Assembly (NCBI GenBank): GCA_002633005.1
Contig: NMRA01000533.1
Coordinates: 234,494-298,493, forward strand
DNA length: 64,000 bases
Origin: Phoronis australis
Lineage: Eukaryota; Animalia; Phoronida
Direction: 5' to 3'
Shown here: piece after piece, positions 24,543-36,500 of the stretch
Numbering within the stretch: position 1 is the first letter of the stretch
How the letters are laid out: each line of letters opens with the position of its first letter
Made by a program: the position numbers and the translations under genes
The notes under the pieces: generated by a model
Databases searched by the model: none
What the model was told of the DNA's origin: nothing
What the model saw: only the letters and a program-made list of their open reading frames with translations

Positions 24543-27500
24543 CTGAAACATGGGATACGTCAACGATAAAGCTCATTGTCGATAAATTGGGTGGTTAGCA
24601 GAATGAAAAGAAAATTTGTCAACAACTGAGTTATTCCTTTGATTTTAGGGATAAACTGGTTTCCACTAATGCCCAGTCTTTGCCACGTTTTAATTCCCAC
24701 CAATTGGTTTGAAGATGCTAAGAATCCACCTTCTATCAATACGCACTTTTGTGGAAACCAGTAACAAATGAAATGACTGCTGCCTCGACCAGGGTTCAAA
24801 CCCGGGACCACCTGCAATCCGTGTAGACGTGCTTGTCCGCTAAGCCACAGAGACCACAGAATTCTAATCACACGTGTGTTTTGAAGAACTTCGCGTCCAT
24901 GTTGTCAGATATTTGCAAATGCGAGTGATCAAACCAGACTGTGATTCTGCATAGCATAGGCACACAGTAATTTGTGATATCATCACGTGAACTTGTAATT
25001 ACAATCGTGCGTTTTCTGTTCATGCTTGCATATGGTACACCTTTCATTTTATTATTAGTGTTTTGTGTGTTTTGGGTCGTCTTCACGTCTTTTATTTTGC
25101 ACATTGTTTGTAAGGAACCACCACGGACACAAGTGTCTCCCTTTCTGGTGTTACACTGGTTGTGCAGATATTATTTTTCTCATGTTCATATACTAACGTT
25201 TTATATCACACATATACATATACGTTGTACAATAAATGCAAGACCAAGAAGTGAAATAACTGGTATACTGACAATAACTACTGACAAATAAAGTCGCGTG
25301 CAACGGACTACTTTCTCTGAACTCGATAACTCTCTCGAATTCTCACTTATCAGCTGATTACCTGAAAAACAAACCGAAAATACTACGTTTGCCGACAGAA
25401 TAAAATAAAATAAAATAAGAAACAATTGAAGTAAGCTAACGTATATATTAGTAATTTCAAAAAAGTGAGTAAAAAAGCGCAATATGAACCAAGAATGATA
25501 CGATAAAAGCTTTTGTTCGACTAATGAAATACAGGCCACTCGTTCGACGAACTCGATCATTGAAAAGGCGACAATATTGTTTACGAGTTTAGGTACAAAC
25601 AAAAACATGTATTCTAACAAATCAAAAGAAACCAGGAAAACATAGATGCAAACATCGTTTTCTGCAATTTCCTCAATATCGTCTGCTCACTCTCCGCCGT
25701 CCAACTGAGTCAAGACGGCTTATGTTAATGTTCACTTGTTAACAGCTGAATTCATTGTAGTTCCAGTTTCATAGTTGTCAAAGACTAGTTCGATGAGTGT
25801 TAAAATTATGTTTGCCTTGTTCTTATCTTTATCTGCTTGTTTGAAACTTGAGAAGATTATCCACCGAGTCTGCGCTGTCGCTTTCCTTCGACATAGTTAA
25901 TTTATGTGGACGAACGTTTCGTGACAAATATTCCTACGCACGAAAGAAATCCAGTCCGGGCGAAGAAACACGATGAAAATTGCCAAAATGTGTGGTATAA
26001 AAATGTTATACGACGTGTGTTGAAATATGGGCAGTGATGTGGTCTCGGCATGATCAGAGTGAAAATACTTCACTTTGATCATGCCGCGACCAAATCAACA
26101 TACGTCATACAACCTATTTTTATTTGCTGTGTTTATTTTTATCAACTCTGGCATTTTTACTGACATTCATTCATATGTATCGTGTGCACAGCACAATAAA
26201 TTCGATAAATCAATCACACAAGCATATAAATCGGTAAATAAAACAACAAGAATGGATCAACTGAAATTTGAAATTTTCGGATGTAACAACTTCCTGTTTT
26301 TGTTGATAAAGAAAGTTGTTACATCCCAAAATTTCAAATTTCAGTTGATCCATTCTTGTTGTTTTATTTACCGATTTATATTCTTCATTTCATGAAACAA
26401 TAGTATCCTTGGGAGGATCTGGATCGCCTTATTTAGTTTCAGATATATTTTCTACGTTATTTATCACACAAGCATGAAATACTTATTAGATTTACAGCAT
26501 ACACTCACTTAAAGGCGGAACCCAAACACCAACTTGGCCTGTAAAGAAATATCAACATGTAGGGAAGTGATGAGATCGCATTTATAGTACTTACGTGGGA
26601 ACGCTACATTTATTATTAAAAACTAATAGCTATCAAAAGCACAATTCTTGCATGCAAATTGTTCGTTAAGAGGCCTGCACGTTTTTCTGGCATGCATGCT
26701 TCTTAAACCCAGCAGATTCGGAGTTTTACTCACCAAAGCAGTAAGCTGCCGGGCACGTGGGAAGAGCTGGGAGCCAATATGCCACAGTTCCGTTGCCACA
26801 GTTTTTCACTTTAATAGCAATACGCCGACTGCAGCATTCTGTGCCTTGAGACAAGCATGCTTTTGTTTCCATGACACCAGCGTCTGCTTCTGGTATTGAA
26901 CCTGAAATGAATCACTAGTTGATAAAAGGCAGTTGATCATCAAGAGAAGTCAACTTTTCATCTAGCGGCATCTAGCGGCTCACCTAGCACTATGATTTTG
27001 CTAAAAGCTTGTTATAACGAGGTTTTGTCACTTTTTCTAACGAGAAAATGTTCACCGGAAGTTTTTAGGGTTCACTTTTAAGAGAATTGTGTAAAACCAC
27101 TTAACGTCCAGATTTCCTTGAAATTTGTTCAATGCTTATTTAGTGACTTTCCCTCGAACTCATACAACAAAACACTAGCCTAGGTCAACTAGTAAAAGCG
27201 CATATATTCTAAAAAAAAGACCAGAAATTATAAAAATATGTTTTATATTTATAGGTCATTATTATTATTACGTTACCACCTTTTTGAGTCAAAATTTCAT
27301 TTTTAAGAAAGGCACATTCATAGGACAATAATCCCTTGGTTAATTTTAATGAAAGCCGTTTCTAAATGAAAGCTTCACAATTTACCTCAAAACGATGTTA
27401 GGAATTTTCGATTACTCATTTAGTTTTGTTTCTATGCCAAACTGACTTGCAAAACATAAGGTATTTTTGTAAAAACAGCAGTCATATTTGTCTATCTTAC

Positions 27501-30500
27501 AGTACGCAAAAACTAGGCGTTTAAAAGGAAAACACAAACAGCTTTTTTGAGATTGGTGAATAAGTACTAAAACTGGAACGTTTTAGAGAATCTCACCAAT
27601 CGTTTTCGAGGACTCGCGTTCCTAAGTTCAAGTTGAGTCGATATGTCAAAGCCGAGAAAAAGCGAAAAACGTAACGAGACTTCAAAATCTGACAGTTATA
27701 ATTCCTTAATTATTAATCTATACAGGATTAACTGTGAACGCTATTTCAACATTGAATAGCAATGTCAACTGAATTTACAGTGCAAAATTAATTTAATTAT
27801 TACTAAAAGGTTTTAATTTCGTGCATGGGGCTTCATTTACCGCGAATTAATTAGTTCAGAAGGCGGAGCCAGCAGTAAGTAGGCCAAAAGTTCATTGTAT
27901 ACACACCACGCGCCCTCCACAAACGCGTCTCAGTCTCTCAATAACGTTTTACACTTGCTACATTTAGCTGATTAGGTATGACGCCATGAAGTCGCCACTG
28001 CGAGAATCAAAATCAGACAACAATTCTCTCTAAATTTGTTGTAGACTTCGTGTTGACTTCCAAACTATTAACAGTTTTCCTTTGTTTTTTTCCTTTGATT
28101 CACAATTGGTTTCGTGAAATCGCGCATTTACCACCACGCTTCAATTAGAACAGGAAGTAAACAGACAGAAGTCGTAATTGTTCGGAAAAATCGACCAAGA
28201 ATTGCGAAACTCGCGCCATCAGTCCATGCGGTTGTCTTCGGTCTACGTTCGTTGGCCGGCGCTAGAATTTGAATTGAGAATGAAAGTTACGCCTACAGTT
28301 TTATACGCCAACTGGGAGGATAGGAAACCTCGGAATTGATTTGTACGTCTGAGATTTTCAGTTCTGACGATCTCAGATTTCGTTTTGCGACCTGGGATAT
28401 TTGCCAAGTCACCAAATGCGACTTGGCGTTCAACTAAGTGTAGAGCGCTGGAATCCATGACTTTCTAATACGACCGATACTCTTTGTTAGTCCGATAATT
28501 ACGTCCTGACAACTATGTCTAGTCCAGTCACATTATGAGTGAGAAAGATGATCAGAACCAGCGCGGGTTCAAATCGAGAACTACGTTCTGGTGACGAGCT
28601 GAATCGAACTTGATATGTGACAAAGTATTTTAAGCGCCCTATTTGTCAGCTGAAGTCACCGGCCTTGATTTCATCGAACGTCTGACAGACATCGGCGAGA
28701 ATTGGTGATTTTACTATTTTGTAGCTGTATAAGATGAATGTCCATCCTTAACACCCACTACCATGGAGTATAAAAAATCGCGGAACACTAACTGATTTAG
28801 TTGTTTAACTTAGTGCATATGTTGCGTGTTGAAAGGGTGGTGAAAAGGGCTGGTCTATTTTCGGCGCATTGCCCTTTAGTGCATTCAGAAGCCTCATTTT
28901 TTTAAATTAGCCGAGAATAGTTGTCATTAAGAATTAGCTTTCTTTTCTGAAATTATGATAGTAATACGATATTTTGAAAAAGTCACCCACTGACTGGAAG
29001 TTTAAATCACACACGTTATTTCTTATGCTATGTTTTCTTGTATTAAATGTTTTAAAGTCGACTGAACCATTTGAGCGAGTAATGCCAAAAAATGTCTTTA
29101 ACCCTTGCAAGCACTTCACCTTCCATCCAAACTGGGAACCGCGTGCCACATCTGTTTTCCGGTACACACGAAGTGGGCATAGTCAGGGCTTCCCCAGTGT
29201 GGCCAGGGGCGACAAACACGTACCATCCCTCTTCCCAATCGTCCTTGTCACAACTGAGCTCACCACGTGCACCTGCCTCGCTGTCAGTCGGGTGTGCAAC
29301 GAAGAGCCTGGACGCCACCTGTGGGCCGTAGTTTATTATCGTGATCTGGTTTTCGATGGCTACACAGGCCGGCCCGAGCTTCACGACACCTGGTGAACAA
29401 AAGTAATGCACTTCATATTAATGTATGTCACAATGAAAAATAGCGACAGACGTTTACTTATTCACTTATTGCAATGCAAACAAGAACTTGGCCAGCGTTC
29501 TTTTTGAGAAATTCGCGAGTGCACACTGGTTGGACACTATTCGCATTCTGGCAGCCGGGGCTTTGGAAACTGAAGCCGCAGAGGCTTTTGGTTCACTTCA
29601 TAATGTGAGAAATACGCCGTCTGTTGATAAATGTAATGAACGTAAGTAACATTGACTTTTCAATTTCACTCACGACACTGACACGTCTACAAAATTTCCA
29701 CCAGACGGCAATGTTTTGTGGCTCACAAACCAAGTATAATTGCGTCAGCCACGCCGCGACAGTGTATATGTTTGTACGAAAGTATCAACTCCACCTAAGC
29801 AGAGTGGCGCAGTGGAAGCGTGCTGGGCCCATAACCCAGAGGTCCGAGGATCGAAACCTTGCTCTGCTACAATTTTTTTCGTTGAAGCGTAAATTGTTTA
29901 ATGTAATGCTTTTCTCTGTGACTTCGAAAGTGGTCCTGCACCAGGCTAACAATTGCGTTTTTATATTGCTGAGTTAGTCAGACAATTGCTGTTCTCTTAT
30001 CACGTCACTGTATAAAATCCGGTGATTCAGATTCATGGGTCGTTGTTGGCCAAGACGCTGTTAGGAATAGACGTCAAACTTCATTGAACTGGCGGGCAAA
30101 CGAATCCCGTGGAGAGGTCTCTTGAACCTAGGCTATGAGTGCAACCTGGATTCTAGAAAAGCGACTACAAATTTTGTCTTGAGGACCAATTTTATCTCCT
30201 CTCAGACTATTAAAGTAATCTGTATAATCTCTAAACAACCTGACAGAAATTGTACATTGAAATATGTGTATTTCGTGGTCAAAGGATTTCGGTTTTTGGA
30301 AGGAATTTAATGCTTTGATGAAAAATATATGGTCATACCTACGCAATAAGACGACGGGCACTCCATCGTTGGCGGAAGCCAATAGGCGACACTTTTAGGG
30401 CCACATTTCATCACTTGGATGTCGATAGTATAGCTGCAGCAATCCTTCTCAATAACAACACACGCTTTCCTGTCCACAATGCCGTCACTCTGTCGAGGTA

Positions 30501-33500
30501 TTGTTCCTGTAAACCATTAAATGTGAAAGGTCTGCTTCGCGAGGGCAACGCTTTCAAAATTATGTCCACGACTGAAAAGTCATATGAGCCAGTAATCTCG
30601 TCCGCAGGGCAATTATACGATCCGTGAATAATTGTTGGTTAAAGGTCCAGTCAAATGACTGCGTGCATTTGTTCTGCGTGTGAAATTTTTGCCCAAAAAG
30701 TGAATGATACTCTATGGTAGGCCTATACCCTATAGGGAACGATCCCGAGGGTGGGTATAGTGAACCAGCAGAAAGCAATATTGCCCGAGGGATCGGTCTA
30801 TGTGTTTTATTAAAGACCAATGTTGCGTCTTTCCTCCGATTATTTTTCTCTTCTTACTTTTCCTTGCTTTGATTTACTGACACCATCTGCTAGTCAGGAC
30901 TAGAAGCGTTTTATTGGTCAGATTGAGAATAGCGACATCTGATGTTCGGGCGACATGAATGACCATATAGCAAAGACAGGAGGTGGCAATCGATAGCCTT
31001 TTATAGTCACGTTTGAAATTGCCTTCATTCACCAAATTTATTAGAAATTGGCGCTCGCTGGGGTGGCTATGCATTTTAAGCTTTGTGCTATACGTCAAGG
31101 CTGCAAATGGGCTGTGTTTGATTTTTGATCCTGATGTCTTTGACCCCTTGAGCTACTTTTTGCTCAGTCTTGGCTTTTCTAAACCCTCACTGCTTGCAAG
31201 CGGGAAGCTGAAATTTAGCATGAAAGCCAGGTAACTTTCAGACACTTCGGATTTGTAAAAAAAATCTGTCTGGTCGACACCCCCTTTTCCCAGATTTCTA
31301 TAATCTGGAGTGTTGGTAGTCTGAATACATTGTCTCTCAATTCGTAGTAATCCCATGCCTACCAAATGCTGGCTCAGGGGTGAAAACTGATGATTTGGTG
31401 TATTTTTGTTCGTTTTCAAGTAGCCTTCTGCACTTCCGGTGGTGGTAAATGATGAAAAATTGACTTTGGGATCAGTTTCAATAAACTTTGTGCAAGTTTT
31501 TTAAAGTATTTGACCTAGTATACTCTTCATATTATCAGGTTTTGTACATCGTGCGGAACAGACTGTTGGAGTTGGCAAGACTTGGTATTTTAAACCCAAA
31601 AAGTCCACAAAAAACTGTTGCGTGCCACCAGCTGGCCCCAAGAGAACTTTTGAGTTTTCATCCTGAACATTTATATCAAAAAATGATCATGTTATTGATG
31701 CTGTTATTTTGCTGTGAATGCACCATTCCTTGTGCTATTCTTTTCTAAAAAGACATGGTCACGTGACCACACCAATAGCATATTAGTACGAGTCCAAAAT
31801 CAAAATTCTAAAGCGTTTCTACTCTCAACAAAACATATATACTTTTACTGAGTCGGACTTAACATTGCCTGAAACTGGTGAATTAAATTATTGCAAATGC
31901 TCGTCGTTGATTATCGTTGTCTCGATATACGTTGCGTCTTACCGTTCATCCAAACGGGAGACTTGGTTCCACATCGATATTCTGGAACACAACTTGTTGG
32001 CATGTTGGCGGCAATACCTGTATTGTCCTCACCCTCGAACATAAACCAACCTAATTTCGTAAAAAAGAATCTATTACTGGTCATCTAGGCGACTTCTGAT
32101 GCACAATCAAACTCTCAACATTTCCGATACAAAGCGCGTAAAACATTCATGAATGGATTCCCATACCGAACTTTATGTAGACACGGACTATAGGCGCCAT
32201 CTGCCGTGGGATTGTAGGTAAAACAGAAATTGGATACTTGATATTTGTGAGGTCACGTTTTTATAAACACGGTTTACGTTTCATAAGTTCCCCATTGTAA
32301 TGATATTTGGACGTATAATCATGTTCCGTAACAAATAAGCTTAACCAGAAAACGTGAAGCAGACAAGAAGTTTGAAATCACTGGTAATGTTAAGCTGGGC
32401 ATCAAAAGCCTACCTTCTGTCCAATAGTACGAATCACATCTATGGGATTCGATGTCGTCTTCTGGCCGAGTTATCGTGTAACTTGCTCGAGGAATGACAC
32501 TCATGTCATTAGGGACATGCACGATAGTCTCACCAGGAATTGAACACTCTGCTTGAATTATACCTTGGAAATACAGGTGCAGGTTTAGGAGTAACTTTAA
32601 ATGCTTGATGCGTACATTATAAATGAAAACCTATGAAAAACTAATTGAAATTTTCCACTCACGTGAACAGACTCCTGAAGCTGACGTCCCACGAAAAAAG
32701 ACCGAGTAGCTTTACGTGCAATTGTTATACCTGATTTCATCTAGGCTAATAATGAGGGAGTCTTTAATGTGGTATAGCCTTTGAGAAAACTCTCACCGAA
32801 ACAATAAGCCGAAGGACACGCTGGTACATTCGGTAGATTGTAGGCTATTGTTCCTTTTCCGCAATTTTTTACTTCTATCTCAAATGTTTGCTGGCAACAA
32901 TCACCGCTTACGGACATGCAGGCTTGTCTGAGCACCACACCTTCCATTTCCGTTGGCACGTTTCCTGCACGGACATAAGAAAGCGATGTTAAATGTTCGC
33001 ACTCTTTCATTTTGTTTCAGTCCCACAGTACTGATAGAGTGTATAAAATCTGCACCAGTCATAACATTTAAAACTAGAAAGATTATTGTCACGGCGTGAC
33101 AATAACGGACTCTGCGCGTGCGTATTACTGGAATTATTATGGGAAGTTTCTGACAGCAACCCGTTTACCCATATGAAAAGGAATTCTTTAAAATTGTAGG
33201 AGAAATTACATATTAATTTTTTGATGGTCTTTCCACTAATTGACCTCTTCCGGTGCATTATGAGCCCCGATGAGGGAGTAATTGTTAACGCGATTAAAAG
33301 TGTGGTTAATGCTAATAATCACAGATGTTTTACTTTAAGTACTTCAGAATACAAGATGAATGAAGTGGTCAAACTTTTAGAAGAAAAATGCACCTAATGA
33401 CCCCATGGGTGCACCAAATGACTTGAAAATTTAGAATTCAAACTCAATCGCACTTAGTAAACAGATATGTAATTCTGAAGTCTCTGGCTCAAAATTTTAT

Positions 33501-36500
33501 TTTGCACTCAATGACCTTTGACCTATTTTTTTCTGATTGGTTAGGCCTATTGCGAAGTAAAGTAGGGTATTCACTTGGCATATTGACTTACACCAGTGTT
33601 CTGAATTTGAAAAGAATTCCTTGAAAAACGTAAGAGATATAACATTTTAACGTTACATGACCTTTGCCCTAACTGACCTCATCCGGTGCATTTTAAGCAT
33701 CTTTAGGAGAATTATTGCAAAGCCCATGGAAAATGTGTTTAACGCTGAGAATCACAGTTGTCTAACGGTTGACACATCAGAATACTTGCTGATTGAAAAG
33801 GTCAAATTTTCAGAAGAAAAATGCACCTAATGACCCCATATTTGCACTAAATGACCTGAAAGTTTGGATTCCGATTTGACTTACCACTGGCAATCAGACC
33901 TGTCAATTTGAAGTGTCTAGCTTAAAATTGTATATTTGCACCTAATGACCTTTGACCTATTTCACCTGATTGGATGACCTGATTACTTAGAAAAGTGACT
34001 TTTTAAATTGTCATGTCGATATATACCTGTGCACCGAATTTGAAAAAGATAGCTTAAAAACTGAAGGAGGAGTAGCATTTTGAAAATTATATGACCTTTG
34101 CACAAAACGACCTTATCCAGTGCAATATGGAATATGTTTATATAACCAATCAAAATTTATATATTGTCAAAAGTCATATGCTGAATTTAAAGACCGTACC
34201 TGCACCCAATTTGGAGTCATTAAGCCTCAAAGTTGGTCGGAAGAAGAATAAGAAGAATAAGAATAAGAATAAGAATAAAATTGAAGAAAACCCAGGAACA
34301 ACTAGTACTCTGCGCTTACACGCGCAGAGTAATCATCTAGTGTCAGCAACGGGCGTCTTTGCCTTCAGACAGTTCCCAGAATTCAAGTTCCCCTGAAGCG
34401 GTCTTCTGGTGAAATATAACTTACGATTTAGACCATCTGTTATTTTGAAAGTAAGTCCCAAAGTGTTTCCTACTTTCAGATAAAATTTGAGTCCAATACA
34501 GGAAGAAAATTTACTAAAATTAGCGATGGTGTTCAGACAGCAACATAGGTGAAACGAAACGGTCCATAAAAATGCTTATGTCACAACATCGTCGTCCTAG
34601 TTACGCGGGGAAACTTATGATTTGGCTATTTTTAGCCACCTGTGTGCCACTGGACATGATTTCAATACTGATGATGTCACTATCCTAGACTGTGAGGAAG
34701 ATTGGTTAAAAAGGCGTGTAAAGGAAGCTCTCCATGAGCGCATCGAGAGTCCCACTTTAAACAAACGAGGTGGTTTAAGATTCGATTTGTCACACGCATG
34801 GGATGGTATTCTGACGTCAATGGCGCCCGTTTGGTCAAAACGCCACCTATTGGTCAGAATAACGATAACGTCACAAGCCAAGCTGAAGTCCGTGAGATAC
34901 GGACGCAACGTCGCTAATTTTTGTAAGTTTTATTCTAGTATTTGGACACAAATTTTATATGTTTTCTGAACTGGATGTCTCAAAATTTTCATATTTCCTA
35001 CTTTCATTGGAAATTATTTGTGCACTTTGCTGAACATGCAGTTCCGTATAATATGGTTTGACCAGGCGGATTCACGAAGAAGTCTGTTCTTTTCACGAGT
35101 CCAGAAATCGCTCCTTAGTCTGATACTGCGCTAAGGTGTAGAATTTTAATGAGAGGGCAAATAGGACGTCTGATCAGAAGGAACGCCTGAACTTCAAACG
35201 AGTGTTCACAAATGCTGTCTTACAAGTGATTATCGCGTCGTTGATATGCAAAATGATAATATTTCATGGTTAATCATGTGCAATACCAAGGGCCAACAGA
35301 GCCTGACACAAATCATATCATTATGGAGTTCTCAGCGCAGCGTAAGAAAGCAGCTGTGTCATCTCATTTGAGAGAAGAAGAAAAGAAGAGAGATCAGACG
35401 TCTGACCAGCGTTCACATCTGACTTTTTCAAACATTGGATCCGACATCTGATCTGCCTTAAGGGTAATCTTTCTACTCAAAATCGAACTTGGCAGGTTCT
35501 ATTCTACTTTTGAACTAAAACAACCTTTTTCCGTCTCGAAATGGTATACCAAACCGCTTTGCGTTTTTCAGCTTATAATCAAAATAGTTGAATTTGATGG
35601 TTCCATCCACGGGCTTCTGTCTGATGCGGATTTGTTGACATTATTTTGGATACAACTGGGATCACTAGATTAATCCTGGTGTGGCTGGAGAATATCATTT
35701 CAAGTGTGCAGGCAAGTTGTTCTACATTGCCTCTCTACTGCTAAGTCGGTTTTCGAATCGAAAGCAGACAATCTTTAAGTTGACATAGGACCAGACGATT
35801 GCGAAAGATATCAATGAAATATGTTTTCTCAACAGTTTACACTCAGATGGTAGTGTTAGATATTGGACACTGAAACCAAATGTCTAATCGTAAGCCCATC
35901 CCGTCCTAGGTTAGACCGAATATTAATTTTGGCGGTCTTTCAAACGAAATTTCATGACATAAGACTAAGATATTTTGGAAAAACCATGAAACGAGCTTCT
36001 GGTTACGCTTCCATGAAGCATTAGTGATATCACTTCATGCTTAATTGCCCACAGGCGTCCCATTTGAAAAACGACAACAGTTATGCTGATGAAATCGCAC
36101 GAGTTATTCGTTATTAGTGATCATTGAAGCCCATTTTCCGTTATAAAGCTGATTGAAATCAAAATTCAGTTTCTTGGCAGAAGGCGGGTTTATAGGAAAT
36201 TACCTCAACAATTACGTATTTACAATTGCTGCATAAATGAAACCCAGCAAAATGCTTCTACACTCTGCAGGATAAACCACTGCTCGAAATAGGAGTAAAC
36301 GAAACTTCAACATTTTATCAAGTCATCGCGAGGGTGTTCCATTGAAACTGGAACCCAGGTGTAAAATAGATATCCCAGAGTCGAAACAAACTACCGCACC
36401 CTCCAAACACTGAGCTGACCAGCCCGAAAAATACGAACCCCGACCTTTAAAACAGGAACCCCGGGGATCAGACAGGACACCCGGGAGCGAAACACCACTC

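Noticed and set aside
21112-24576. 1154-aa ORF as a dynein heavy chain or a complete single-exon gene
   Set aside because: It has no AAA/Walker motifs. A good phase-1 acceptor at 24543 links it to upstream exons, so it is better read as a terminal exon.
24630-24858. A second tRNA gene
   Set aside because: It has A/B boxes but no consistent acceptor or anticodon stems, so it was treated as a SINE head.
26509-27082. TTAA-flanked element apparently enclosing the last D8C exon
   Set aside because: The end similarity (TTAAAGGCGGAACCC vs GGGTTCACTTTTAA) is too weak. These are more likely ends of separate decayed elements.
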